From an uncultured candidate division WWE3 bacterium (GTDB taxonomy: Bacteria; Patescibacteriota; WWE3; UBA101185; UBA10185): a stretch of 36,927 nucleotides of DNA. Position numbers and translations under genes: made by a program. Shown here one piece after another: positions 9,858 to 18,761 of this stretch (the first letter of the stretch is position 1; every line of letters starts with the position of its first letter). The notes below the pieces were generated by a model. The model was not told the DNA's origin. It was given only the letters and a program-made list of their open reading frames with translations, and did no database searches. The stretch spans positions 1-36,927 of the forward strand of contig CBFDCV010000003.1 in the NCBI GenBank assembly GCA_965603395.1, in the 5' to 3' direction.

Positions 9858-10478
9858 TTATGTATTCAACTCTTCCAATACAGTCTTAAAAATACTTTGG
9901 GGCAATCCCTCAGCTGATATTTCTTTTAGACTTCCCAACATCTTGTAATGCTTGATGACCTTTAGTGTGTTTTCTTTGTAAATTTCCCATCTATGCTCTA
10001 GTATCTCAACTGTATCGTCATCCCGACGTATTAATTTGCTCCCGTCAAAATCACAAATACCTTCTTGTTGGGGAGGATTATAAACTAAGTTATAAGTATG
10101 ATCGCCTTTTTCACACACTCTTCTGGAAAGAACTCTTTTTTGTGAGGTTTTCATTGAAATATTTAGAAACAGCACCACATCCGGCTTAGGGTCGAAGTAT
10201 TCCAGATCGGACAGCTGCCTGACCCATCCATCCAGTATGTAACCATTCTCGTAACGAGAATCTTTCACAACTTCTGAAAGAAAACCTCCCAATATGCTGT
10301 TGGAGGCAAGATCTCCTTGGTCCATAGCTTCTTGAATGGGTGTATACCAAATAGAGTCCCGGGGAATTTCCCTCAACATTTTACCGACGCTGATCAGCGG
10401 AAGACCCACTTCCTTACTGATCATTTTGCCAATGGTTCCTTTTCCACTAGCTGGGGGGCCTAACAATAGAATTTTCAT
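9858..10478 (-). CDS. adk: Adenylate kinase family NMP kinase (long LID type)
   Basis: P-loop GPPASGKGT, LDG-x-x-R, a LID with C..C-x2-D, and RRDDD. It sits in the usual position after secY. Confidence 0.85.
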   Translation of the reverse strand: MKILLLGPPASGKGTIGKMISKEVGLPLISVGKMLREIPRDSIWYTPIQEAMDQGDLASNSILGGFLSEVVKDSRYENGYILDGWVRQLSDLEYFDPKPDVVLFLNISMKTSQKRVLSRRVCEKGDHTYNLVYNPPQQEGICDFDGSKLIRRDDDTVEILEHRWEIYKENTLKVIKHYKMLGSLKEISAEGLPQSIFKTVLEELNT

Positions 10479-10481
10479 AGA

Positions 10482-10745
10482 CTACATTCCCGGAAAGCCT
10501 AGCTCGCTGAGCTGGCCCCTTAGTTGCTTTTCTACCTTCTTATTTACATCCTTCATAGCAGAGTTGATAAGATCTTTTAGTTCTTTCTGTTCCTCTCCTT
10601 CTATATGTATGGTTTCGATTTTTCTATCACCTCTCACCACTACCCTGATATCCTTTTTTTCTTCGGTAGAAAAGATCTGTTCCATTTGTTTTTGTAGTTT
10701 GGATTGTTCTTTTCTTAACTTGTATAACTCCTTAGGATTTATCAT
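10482..10745 (-). CDS. ybaB: YbaB/EbfC family nucleoid-associated protein
   Basis: 87 aa with an N-terminal helix (KLQKQME), a beta section (IRVVVRGDRKIETIHI), LKDLINSAMKD and a GFPGM C-terminus. Confidence 0.75.
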   Translation of the reverse strand: MINPKELYKLRKEQSKLQKQMEQIFSTEEKKDIRVVVRGDRKIETIHIEGEEQKELKDLINSAMKDVNKKVEKQLRGQLSELGFPGM

Positions 10746-10749
10746 AAAC

Positions 10750-12006
10750 TTATTGTAAGAAACTTTGATAATTTCTTGTTACCATCATAGATTCGATCTG
10801 CCTAACTGTTTCTAGCACTACTGAGACTACAATTAGTATACCTGTTCCTCCTATGGCTAGCTGGGTCATTCCCGTAAATGACTGGATGATGTACGGCAGT
10901 ATGGCTATGATACCTAAAAATAAAGCGCCCACCAAGGTCAGCCTGATAGTTATATTCCTTAGATACTTGGCTGTAGCGCTCCCTGGCCTTATTCCCGGTA
11001 TGAAACCGCCTCTTTTCTTAACATCGTCTGCAATTTTAGCCGGATCAAACTGCATGAAAGTATAAAAGAAAGTAAAACCAAAAACCAAAAAGAAATATAA
11101 AACATTGTATAAAGCCGCACTAGAAGTAAAGTTCTTACCTAAAAATGAGCCTAGACCCTGTAAAAACGGAGAGGACGCAGCTAACAACGGCCCGCTCAAT
11201 AACGAGGGCACTAAAACTATGGAAACAGCAAAAATAATGGGAATAACACCCGCCTGATTGATCTTAATAGGCAAAAAGTTGGCTACCTTCTGGGACCTCA
11301 CACCCCTTCTACCATATTCAATGGGAATGTTCCTTGTCCCTTCATTTATTAGTACGATACCTAAAATTATCAACACTGTAACTGCGAGCAATAGTAAAAG
11401 CACGATGATGTTGTACTTATCCAACATAGAAACCATGCTTAGTGCTCCCGAAGGCAATCTACTGATAATACCTACAAAAATAAGCAAAGAAATTCCTTGA
11501 CCTACACCATATTCTGTTACTAAATCACCTAACCAAACTAAGATCATCGATCCGCTGACAAGAGAAAGCAGCAAAACTACCAACTGCGACATGCCCAAAG
11601 ATCCTATTACAGTTTGCTTGCTCAATAAAAAATATACACCATATGCCTGGATCAAAGCCAAAGGCACAGTAAGAAGCTTGGTATACATGTTGATTTTTTC
11701 TCTCCCCGCCTCTCCTTCTTTTGACAACTCTTCCAGTGCAGGAATCATTTTGGTAAACAACTGTAAAATAATCGAGGAATTAATGTAAGGTCCAAGACCC
11801 AACGTAACTATGGAAAAGTTTTGAAAACCACCGCCACTAAACAAATCGAATAAACCAAAAATAGCGTTACTGCCCAAAAATGATCTTACAGCCTGCAGGT
11901 CTACTCCCGGAACAGGAACATGAACAAGTATTCTAAAAATAATAACGGCAAACAAGGAAAATAGGAGTTTCTTTCTTAACTCTTCGTTTTTAAGTATTTT
12001 TAACAT
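10750..12006 (-). CDS. secY: Preprotein translocase subunit SecY
   Basis: HVPVPG, FSGG, LGLGPYI, YGVGQGISLLIF, NQAGVIPIIFA, FIPGIRPG and GGTGILIVVSV motifs. Confidence 0.97.
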   Translation of the reverse strand: MLKILKNEELRKKLLFSLFAVIIFRILVHVPVPGVDLQAVRSFLGSNAIFGLFDLFSGGGFQNFSIVTLGLGPYINSSIILQLFTKMIPALEELSKEGEAGREKINMYTKLLTVPLALIQAYGVYFLLSKQTVIGSLGMSQLVVLLLSLVSGSMILVWLGDLVTEYGVGQGISLLIFVGIISRLPSGALSMVSMLDKYNIIVLLLLLAVTVLIILGIVLINEGTRNIPIEYGRRGVRSQKVANFLPIKINQAGVIPIIFAVSIVLVPSLLSGPLLAASSPFLQGLGSFLGKNFTSSAALYNVLYFFLVFGFTFFYTFMQFDPAKIADDVKKRGGFIPGIRPGSATAKYLRNITIRLTLVGALFLGIIAILPYIIQSFTGMTQLAIGGTGILIVVSVVLETVRQIESMMVTRNYQSFLQ

Positions 12007-12453
12007 TTATTTTGGCTCAATTATTTTAGATTCTGATTTTTCAATTCTCTCTCTAGCGCCCTTCGTGATCAAAAATCCTTCAATTTCCAGTTTTTTGTGT
12101 AACATTCCGTTGGCTAATATTTTAACACCATCTTTTGGTAGCTTATCAAGAATACCCTTTTTGACTAATTGGTCCGGTGTTACCTTGTCTCCATCTTTGA
12201 ACAAATTCAGCTTCACAAGTGGTATGTACTCAACGTCTCTTCTTTTTGTACCCTTAAAACTTGGCTTTTTTGGCATTTTTTTGTACAAGGGTACTTGACC
12301 GCCTTCAAATCCTAAGGCAACTTTTCCTCTAGCTTTTAGGCCTTTGGCGCCGCGCCCTGATGTATGACCTCCCTTACCACTACCATACCCCCTACCAACT
12401 CTCTTCTTACTATGTTTTTTCCCCTTATGCCTCACTAACTGATTTAGCTTCAT
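12007..12453 (-). CDS. rplO: 50S ribosomal protein L15
   Basis: RVGRGYGSGKG, GRGAKG and GFEGGQ motifs. Confidence 0.96.
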   Translation of the reverse strand: MKLNQLVRHKGKKHSKKRVGRGYGSGKGGHTSGRGAKGLKARGKVALGFEGGQVPLYKKMPKKPSFKGTKRRDVEYIPLVKLNLFKDGDKVTPDQLVKKGILDKLPKDGVKILANGMLHKKLEIEGFLITKGARERIEKSESKIIEPK

Positions 12454-12916
12454 CTTTTGCCTTTTTTAACTTTTCTAAAGCTTGTATGGTACATCTTACA
12501 TTTGCCAACTTATCACTTGATCCAAGCATCTTAGCAGAAACGTCTTTCACGCCTGCCAACTCCAACACAACTCTTACAGGGCCACCGGCAATAATTCCCG
12601 AACCTTTAGGTGCCGGTTTTAATAAAACCCTAGCCGCTGCATATTTGTGTATAACTTCATGTGGAATAGTAGTACCTTTTAAATTAACTTCTACTACATT
12701 ATCTTTAGCCTTACTAACAGCTTTTTGGATAGCTCTGGAAACATCTCTTGATTTTCCCAAGGCCGCTCCTACTTTACCTTTAAAATCTCCTACTACAATT
12801 AAGGCGGTAAAACCAATAGCATTTCCGCCGGTTGTCTTTTTAGAAACCCTTTTTATGTGGTAGACCCTCTCTTCAAATTCTTTGGCTCGAACAAATCCGC
12901 CCGGCTTTCTCATCAT
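12425..12916 (-). CDS. rpsE: 30S ribosomal protein S5
   Basis: RVSK..GG, ALIVVGD, TIPHEV and LKPAPKGSGIIAGG motifs. Confidence 0.96.
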   Translation of the reverse strand: MMRKPGGFVRAKEFEERVYHIKRVSKKTTGGNAIGFTALIVVGDFKGKVGAALGKSRDVSRAIQKAVSKAKDNVVEVNLKGTTIPHEVIHKYAAARVLLKPAPKGSGIIAGGPVRVVLELAGVKDVSAKMLGSSDKLANVRCTIQALEKLKKAKDEAKSVSEA

Positions 12917-13275
12917 AACTGCAGTCCTCCCTCTCTTGCCCCCTCAGCAATCTGTTTTACTCGACCGTGATACTTATAACCACTTCGGTCAAAAACCACC
13001 TGTTTTATTTTTTTCTTTAAGGCTTCTTCTGCTAGTTTTTTACCCAAGCTAAACGATGCCTCCTGCTTAACTTTAGCTTTGTGAAGGTCCTTCACATTCT
13101 TTAAGGACACAGAAACGAGTGTTTTACCTGCTGTATCGTCAATTAATTGTCCATAGCTGTATTTATTAGATCGAAAAACAGAGAGCCTTGGCCTATTTGA
13201 AGTACCAAATACTTTCTTTCGTACTCTTAGTTTTCTTCTTTCTCTATTAGTTTTTCTTAATACCACTTTTGGCAT
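12913..13275 (-). CDS. rplR: 50S ribosomal protein L18
   Basis: RPRLSVFRSNK, VVFDRSGYKYHGRV and AREGGL motifs. Confidence 0.97.
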   Translation of the reverse strand: MPKVVLRKTNRERRKLRVRKKVFGTSNRPRLSVFRSNKYSYGQLIDDTAGKTLVSVSLKNVKDLHKAKVKQEASFSLGKKLAEEALKKKIKQVVFDRSGYKYHGRVKQIAEGAREGGLQL

Positions 13276-13276
13276 A

Positions 13277-13816
13277 TTATATTTTTCCTGCCTTTCCGGG
13301 TTTTGTTTTTATTTCTTCTCCAGCATATCTGATGCCCTTGCCTTTATAAGCTTCCGGTTTTCTGAGTTTTCTAATTCTAGCGGCGGTTTGACCTACTAGT
13401 TGCTTATTAATACCTTTCACGGTGATATTTTTATTGTCTACTACTAAAAGCTCGACTCCCTCAGGTTTTTCAAAAACCACAGGGTGCGAATACCCCAAGG
13501 TAAAAGAAACTCCTTTTGGGTCTGATTTAGCTCTGTAACCAACCCCTACTAACTCCAACTTCTTTTCATATCCTTCAGTCACCCCTTGGATCATGTTGTC
13601 TATCAAAGCCCTAGTTAATCCCCAATAAGCACTGTACCCTTTAACTTTTGTTTTAACTGAAACCACAAGCTCATCGCCTTCTTGCTCTACTGCCATCTCC
13701 GGTCTAGTGGTATAAGTGAGCTCGCCCTTACTTCCCTTGACGGTAACTGCTCCACCTTTGATATCAACACTTACTCCTTCAGGAATTTTAATTGGTTTTC
13801 TTCCTATTCTAGACAT
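13277..13816 (-). CDS. rplF: 50S ribosomal protein L6
   Basis: MSRIGRKPI, GVGYRA, LGYSHP and PEAYKGKGIRY motifs. Confidence 0.97.
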   Translation of the reverse strand: MSRIGRKPIKIPEGVSVDIKGGAVTVKGSKGELTYTTRPEMAVEQEGDELVVSVKTKVKGYSAYWGLTRALIDNMIQGVTEGYEKKLELVGVGYRAKSDPKGVSFTLGYSHPVVFEKPEGVELLVVDNKNITVKGINKQLVGQTAARIRKLRKPEAYKGKGIRYAGEEIKTKPGKAGKI

Positions 13817-13818
13817 AG

Positions 13819-14217
13819 TTAATAAACCCGGCAGATCAGTTCTCCCCCTAATTTTTTCTTCTTGGCTTCTTCTCCGCTCATAATTCCCCTTGAAGTTGAA
13901 ATTACCACCACCCCGTGCCCTCCAATCACCGGTTTTATATCACCGCTCCCTATATATAATCTCCTACCTGGTTTTGACATCCTATTAACTTCGGACAGTG
14001 CAAACTCCTCTCCCTCCACAGCTAAATCCAGCCTCAGGCCTTTGTAACTCTTCCCTTTGTGTTTAAATGTCTTAACTTGCTTTAAAAACCCGGCTTCTTT
14101 TAACACGTTAGCCACACCCTCACACTCTTTTGAGTAAAAGGTTTCTACATAGGGTTTTTTTGCCATAGAGGCATTTTTTAGAGAACTCAACATGTTCGAT
14201 AATCGGTCCATGCTCAT
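13819..14217 (-). CDS. rpsH: 30S ribosomal protein S8
   Basis: SKPGRRLY, ISTSRGIM and GGELIC motifs. Confidence 0.96.
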   Translation of the reverse strand: MSMDRLSNMLSSLKNASMAKKPYVETFYSKECEGVANVLKEAGFLKQVKTFKHKGKSYKGLRLDLAVEGEEFALSEVNRMSKPGRRLYIGSGDIKPVIGGHGVVVISTSRGIMSGEEAKKKKLGGELICRVY

Positions 14218-14219
14218 AA

Positions 14220-14408
14220 TTACCAGCTAGCCTTTCTAACTCCGGGAAGTTCCCCCTTGTGAGCCAATTCTCTAAAACACTTGCGGCAAATCTCGAACCT
14301 CCTCATAAAGCCCCTAGGGTTACCACAAATTTGGCACCTATTATATTGCCTTACCTTAAATTTAAAGTTTCCTCTTTTATGTTTTTGTATTAAAGCTTCT
14401 TTTGCCAT
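14220..14408 (-). CDS. rpsN: 30S ribosomal protein S14 (short zinc-ribbon type)
   Basis: RCQICG...[23 protein letters not shown]. Confidence 0.96.
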   Translation of the reverse strand: MAKEALIQKHKRGNFKFKVRQYNRCQICGNPRGFMRRFEICRKCFRELAHKGELPGVRKASW

Positions 14409-14424
14409 ACGCTAACAGTTTGTA

Positions 14425-14453
14425 AATATATCACTAATACAGCCTAAAAACAA
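14425..14453 (-). promoter_or_regulatory. Candidate internal promoter upstream of rpsN
   Basis: TTGTTT-17 nt-TATATT with a TG extension (TGATATATT) in the 47-bp rplE-rpsN spacer. Confidence 0.45.
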
Positions 14454-14455
14454 AG

Positions 14456-15001
14456 TTATTCCTTCTTTTTAAACGGCATTCCAATATAATTTAATAAAGC
14501 CTTATTTACTTCTTTATCATCATTTGAGCTTACAACGGTTAGCTGCATGCTTCTTATGCCTTTGGTGGTGTTTGGATTTACCTCCGGGAAGATGACATGT
14601 TCAGTAATTCCCAATGAATAATTTCCGGCATCGTCAAAAGAACCCAACGCCAAGCCTCTAAAATCCCTTATTCTAGGGATAGCCACGCTAATTAGCTTGT
14701 CTAAAAATGCCCACATTCTTTCCCCTCTTAGGGTGGCTGAATATCCTACCACATCGCCCTTTCGAATCTTGAAACCGGCTTCGGATAATCTTGCCTTCTT
14801 AGGATAGGGTTTTTGCCCTAATAATTGAGCTAGATCATGTTCGAAGCTTTCCACAGCATCTTTATTTTCCCTAAATCCGCCAATTCCGGCGTTTATTACG
14901 ACTTTTTTTATGCGCGGCACTTCCATAATACTTTTATAACCAAACTCTTCTTTCATTTTTGGTACAATTTCCTTTTGATACTTTTCTTTTAGTCTATTCA
15001 T
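14456..15001 (-). CDS. rplE: 50S ribosomal protein L5
   Basis: VPRIKKVVIN, GQKP, GFKIR, TLRG, PRIRDFRG, GNY and IFPE motifs. Confidence 0.97.
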   Translation of the reverse strand: MNRLKEKYQKEIVPKMKEEFGYKSIMEVPRIKKVVINAGIGGFRENKDAVESFEHDLAQLLGQKPYPKKARLSEAGFKIRKGDVVGYSATLRGERMWAFLDKLISVAIPRIRDFRGLALGSFDDAGNYSLGITEHVIFPEVNPNTTKGIRSMQLTVVSSNDDKEVNKALLNYIGMPFKKKE

Positions 15002-15002
15002 C

Positions 15003-15314
15003 TTATTTCTCCATAACCTTTCCTGTAGCTTTGTTCACCCTATACTTCTTGCCATCGACTACTTTACTACCTAAACGCACTCCTTTACTTAGCTCATCGT
15101 CAAAATACATTACATTGGAAATGTGAATGGGACTTTCCTTTTTGATAATCCCGCCCTCTTTTGAGACAGTGCCGGGTTTAACATGTTTTTTGACAACGTT
15201 AACTCCCTCAACTACTACCTTTTTATCTTTAATAATTACTCTTAATACGGCCCCCACTTTTCCTAGGTCTTTTCCCGAAATTATTTTTACTTTGTCACCC
15301 TTTTTGATGCGCAT
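15003..15314 (-). CDS. rplX: 50S ribosomal protein L24
   Basis: MRIKKGDKVKIISGKD (KOW), VEGVN and ESPIHISNV. Start re-assigned to the ATG at 15314, just after the rplN stop. Confidence 0.95.
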   Translation of the reverse strand: MRIKKGDKVKIISGKDLGKVGAVLRVIIKDKKVVVEGVNVVKKHVKPGTVSKEGGIIKKESPIHISNVMYFDDELSKGVRLGSKVVDGKKYRVNKATGKVMEK

Positions 15315-15318
15315 TTTA

Positions 15319-15687
15319 TTACCAAACCTCCTTTGCCAAAGAGGCAATTTTTAAAAACCCTGCATCTCTAATCTCTCTACCTACCGGACCAAACACTCTT
15401 GTCCCCAACATTTGCTTATCTTTACTGACAACCACGGCCGCATTATCGTCAAATCTGATATAACTACCATCTTTTCTTCTAACTTCCTTCCTGCATCTCA
15501 CAATAACAGCCCTCACAATACTGTGATCTTTGACTGCCCCAGTACCGGAAGCGCCGCTAATAGCCACAGTAACAATATCTCCTATACTAGCAAATCTTCT
15601 ATTGGAGCTGCCCGGAATACCAATAAGTTTAAGCTTCTTGGCACCGGAATTGTCAGCTACTACTAACTGCGAACCAACCTGCATCAT
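15319..15687 (-). CDS. rplN: 50S ribosomal protein L14
   Basis: VADNSGAK, RRKDGSYIRFDDNAAV and GTRVFGPV motifs. Confidence 0.97.
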   Translation of the reverse strand: MMQVGSQLVVADNSGAKKLKLIGIPGSSNRRFASIGDIVTVAISGASGTGAVKDHSIVRAVIVRCRKEVRRKDGSYIRFDDNAAVVVSKDKQMLGTRVFGPVGREIRDAGFLKIASLAKEVW

Positions 15688-15692
15688 GGCAA

Positions 15693-15938
15693 TTACTTAA
15701 CCTCCGCTTCTAACTTTTCTACTACCTTCCAAGTTACAGTTTTGCTGTAGGGCATACACTCCTCAATCACTACTGTGTCTCCCATAGCTACATTGAGATC
15801 ATCTCTGGCTTTGAATTTTTTTGTCTTTCTAATTAATTTCTTATATACTTTGTGTCTTTTTACAGACTCCACGCTCACAACTATAGTTTTCTCCATCTTT
15901 GTAGATGTTACTTTTCCGGTCAGTTTTTTCTTAGGCAT
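15693..15938 (-). CDS. rpsQ: 30S ribosomal protein S17
   Basis: GKVTSTKMEKTIVV, H..YKK, GDTV.IEE and SKT motifs. Confidence 0.95.
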   Translation of the reverse strand: MPKKKLTGKVTSTKMEKTIVVSVESVKRHKVYKKLIRKTKKFKARDDLNVAMGDTVVIEECMPYSKTVTWKVVEKLEAEVK

Positions 15939-16140
15939 TTGACACCTCCTCTAAAAATTTCTTTTCTGCTAGGACTGTTTTCACTCTAGCAATATCCTTT
16001 CTAAAACTCTTAGTTTTTGCTACATTTTTTTCTTTTCCCTTATACACATCGTGCATAAATTTCTCCATATCTTTTTCTTGGCCGGCTAAAACTTTTTTTA
16101 ATTCCTTTATGCTTTTATTTCTTATGTCTTTAACTAACAT
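15931..16140 (-). CDS. rpmC: 50S ribosomal protein L29
   Basis: 69 aa with RKDIARVKT, positioned between rplP and rpsQ. Confidence 0.9.
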   Translation of the reverse strand: MLVKDIRNKSIKELKKVLAGQEKDMEKFMHDVYKGKEKNVAKTKSFRKDIARVKTVLAEKKFLEEVSNA

Positions 16141-16142
16141 AT

Positions 16143-16559
16143 TTATAATATTGAATCTCTTGATACAAACCTTGTTTTTATAGGCAATTTATCTGCCGCT
16201 CTTCTAAAAGCTGCTTTTGCCATATCCTCCGGCACACCTGAGATCTCAAAAATCACCTTTCCCGGCTTTACTACTGCCGCATAATGATCCGTAGGCGATT
16301 TACCGCTACCCATTCTGGTTTCTTGCGGCTTCTTTGATACGGCTTTATGAGGAAATACTCTAATCCATAACTTCCCACCTCTTTTTGTCTTATGACTTAT
16401 GGCTTTTCTGGCAGCTTCAATTTGTCTGGAAGTCAAAAGCCCTCTATCTTCAGCTTTTAAAGCAAAATCTCCAAAAGAAATTTTAGCGCCTCTAGTGGCG
16501 ATGCCTTTGTTACCGCCTCTTTGATGTTTTCTGTACTTTACTTTCTTTGGCATTAACAT
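16143..16559 (-). CDS. rplP: 50S ribosomal protein L16
   Basis: [29 protein letters not shown] and KLP motifs. GGAGG SD upstream. Confidence 0.97.
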   Translation of the reverse strand: MLMPKKVKYRKHQRGGNKGIATRGAKISFGDFALKAEDRGLLTSRQIEAARKAISHKTKRGGKLWIRVFPHKAVSKKPQETRMGSGKSPTDHYAAVVKPGKVIFEISGVPEDMAKAAFRRAADKLPIKTRFVSRDSIL

Positions 16560-16571
16560 AATAATTTCCTC

Positions 16572-17207
16572 CTACTTGATTTCTTCCTCACCTTTGTAAA
16601 TCCAAACTTTTATACCAATGGTTCCAAATAGCAAATTGCAGCTTAGTTGTGCGTAGTCAATATTCGCCCTTAGGGTTTGTAGGGGGACAGGACCTTGTTT
16701 GTATTTCTCTGATCTTGAAATAGTATTACTTCCACTTAGTAAGCCCTTGATCTGAATTTTGATTCCTTTTACTCCCTTATCCATAGCCGTGTTTATAGCA
16801 GAGTTCGCTATTCTTCTGGCAGGTATTCTTCTTTTTAATTGCCGACAAATGTACTGCGCTACCAGTTCCGACTCGATTTCAGGTGTTTTTATTTCTTCCA
16901 CGGTTATTTTTAGTTTATCTGAAGTTAGTTTCTTTAAATCTTTCTCCAAAGCCTCAATTCCCGTACCGGCTCTACCTATAACCACACCCGGCTTAGATAC
17001 TTTGACGAAAATCTTGATTTCGTTAACAGACCTCTCAATATCAATAGTTTTCAATCCTGCCATTTCTAACCTAGTTGTCAAAAACTCTCTAATTTTGTAG
17101 TCTTCTATTACTAACCTGGGGTAATCTTTCTTCCCGGCGGACCATCTGGATTTCCAATCTTTAGTTATACCTAGTCTAAACCCAAAAGGGTGTATCTTTT
17201 GTCCCAT
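16572..17207 (-). CDS. rpsC: 30S ribosomal protein S3
   Basis: MGQKIHPFGFRLG, KPGVVIG, PLQTLRANIDY and GIKVWI motifs. Confidence 0.97.
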   Translation of the reverse strand: MGQKIHPFGFRLGITKDWKSRWSAGKKDYPRLVIEDYKIREFLTTRLEMAGLKTIDIERSVNEIKIFVKVSKPGVVIGRAGTGIEALEKDLKKLTSDKLKITVEEIKTPEIESELVAQYICRQLKRRIPARRIANSAINTAMDKGVKGIKIQIKGLLSGSNTISRSEKYKQGPVPLQTLRANIDYAQLSCNLLFGTIGIKVWIYKGEEEIK

Positions 17208-17208
17208 A

Positions 17209-17604
17209 TTATTTCTTTCTTTTTAGAATCTTTCTACCGGCTTTTTTCTCCGGCTTATGTCCTTCTTTTGAAGATAAACCAACTACTATATGACTTGTTC
17301 TTTTTAAAATAGGGCTAAATCTCATTCTAGAAGCGGGTCTGCCCCATTTTTGCATAGCCCCGGAGTTTACATAAACATCTGATAAATAAAGCTCCTTTGT
17401 GTCCAGATTGTGATTGTTCTTAGCATTAGCCTCAGCTGATCTCACTACTTTCAATAATATTTTAGAGGCCTTGGTGGGGTCAAACGCCAATGCCCTCTTT
17501 GCGTTCCCTAAGGACTCTCCACGCACCATGTCCATAACTACAGCCACCTTTTTAGGTGAAATCCTGGCTTTATTATGTTTTGCGTAAACTTGTGCTTTTT
17601 GCAT
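17209..17604 (-). CDS. rplV: 50S ribosomal protein L22
   Basis: RISPKKV, SAEANA and KRTSHI motifs. Confidence 0.95.
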   Translation of the reverse strand: MQKAQVYAKHNKARISPKKVAVVMDMVRGESLGNAKRALAFDPTKASKILLKVVRSAEANAKNNHNLDTKELYLSDVYVNSGAMQKWGRPASRMRFSPILKRTSHIVVGLSSKEGHKPEKKAGRKILKRKK

Positions 17605-17610
17605 ATTGTA

Positions 17611-17880
17611 TTACTTAAGTTTCTTAGACGAATGCGCCCTAAAAATTCTGGTGGGAGCAAATTCACCCAGCCTATGGCCAACCATGGATTCACTTATATA
17701 CACAGGTATGTGCTTCCTGCCGTTGTGCACCTCAAAAGTCAACCCTACCATTTCCGGTGTCACGGTTGATCTTCTTGACCATGTTTTTATAGGAGTTTTG
17801 TTTCCTAACTCCAAGACTTTATCGATCTTTTTTTGTAGTTTAGGGTCTACATAAATACCCTTCTTTAGTGATCTAGCCAT
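17611..17880 (-). CDS. rpsS: 30S ribosomal protein S19
   Basis: [19 protein letters not shown] and [13 protein letters not shown] motifs. Confidence 0.97.
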   Translation of the reverse strand: MARSLKKGIYVDPKLQKKIDKVLELGNKTPIKTWSRRSTVTPEMVGLTFEVHNGRKHIPVYISESMVGHRLGEFAPTRIFRAHSSKKLK

Positions 17881-17882
17881 AA

Positions 17883-18707
17883 CTACCTCCTCTTTGCCTT
17901 TCTTTTAACAATATATTTATCTGTGGTTTTTCTTTTTCTGGTCTTTTTGCCCCTGGTCTTTTTGCCCCAAGGTGTTTTAGGCGAAGGCATACCAATTCCT
18001 GTATCGGAATAAGAACCTCCGTGCGGATGGCCATCAGTTCCCATAGCCACACCCCGTACAGCAGGTCTCCAACCAAGGTGCCTCATCTTACCGGCTTTTC
18101 CGGTTCTTGTGTGTCTGTGATCTGCGTTACTGAGATCTCCTACCGTAGCATAGCAGTTGGTTAAGATCTTCCTTACTTCACCGCTGGGCATCTTAACACT
18201 TGCATATTTTCCCTCAATGGCCATTATTATAGCGTAATTTCCTGCTCCCCTCGCAATTTGTCCTCCTCTGCCGGGACTTAACTCAACATTATGAATTTTA
18301 ATACTCAAAGGTATCTCCCCTAAAGGCAAAGCATTTCCCATTTCGGCCGGCACACCCTTCCCTGCCACTACTTCCATTCCCTTTTTTAGCCCCTCGGGAG
18401 CTAAAATATACCTTTTTTCCCCATCTGCATAATTTATAAGGGCAATATTACATCCTCTATTAGGGTCGTGTTCGATGCTGGCTACTTTACCCGGTATGCC
18501 GTGCTTATCTCTTTTAAAATCTATGATCCGATAATTCCTCTTTGCTCCCCTCTGTCTGTGTCTGACAGATATCCTACCTTTATTTCTTCCTACAGGACCT
18601 TTCCTGGGCTCTGTGAGCTTTTTAACAGGCCTAACATCATCGACTTCCCTTACCAGGGTTTTTCTTTGTCTTATTCCGGGACTTGTCGGTTTATATGTTT
18701 TTATCAT
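17883..18707 (-). CDS. rplB: 50S ribosomal protein L2
   Basis: [42 protein letters not shown] and TPWG motifs. Confidence 0.97.
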   Translation of the reverse strand: MIKTYKPTSPGIRQRKTLVREVDDVRPVKKLTEPRKGPVGRNKGRISVRHRQRGAKRNYRIIDFKRDKHGIPGKVASIEHDPNRGCNIALINYADGEKRYILAPEGLKKGMEVVAGKGVPAEMGNALPLGEIPLSIKIHNVELSPGRGGQIARGAGNYAIIMAIEGKYASVKMPSGEVRKILTNCYATVGDLSNADHRHTRTGKAGKMRHLGWRPAVRGVAMGTDGHPHGGSYSDTGIGMPSPKTPWGKKTRGKKTRKRKTTDKYIVKRKAKRR

Positions 18708-18725
18708 AATCTTTTAAAAAACATA

Positions 18726-18761
18726 CACGTTTTGTCATGGTACTTTCCTTGACAAAAAGTG
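18726..18761 (-). promoter_or_regulatory. Imperfect stem-loop in the rplW-rplB spacer
   Basis: On the mRNA: CACUUUUUGUCA-aggaaaguacca-UGACAAAACGUG (11 of 12 pairs), followed by UAUGUUUUUU. Confidence 0.5.

Noticed and set aside
15315-15347. Longer N-termini given by the ORF track for rplX (also rpsJ, tuf and the methyltransferase)
   Set aside because: The extensions overlap upstream genes or regulatory elements, and downstream ATGs match family N-termini and local start signals.
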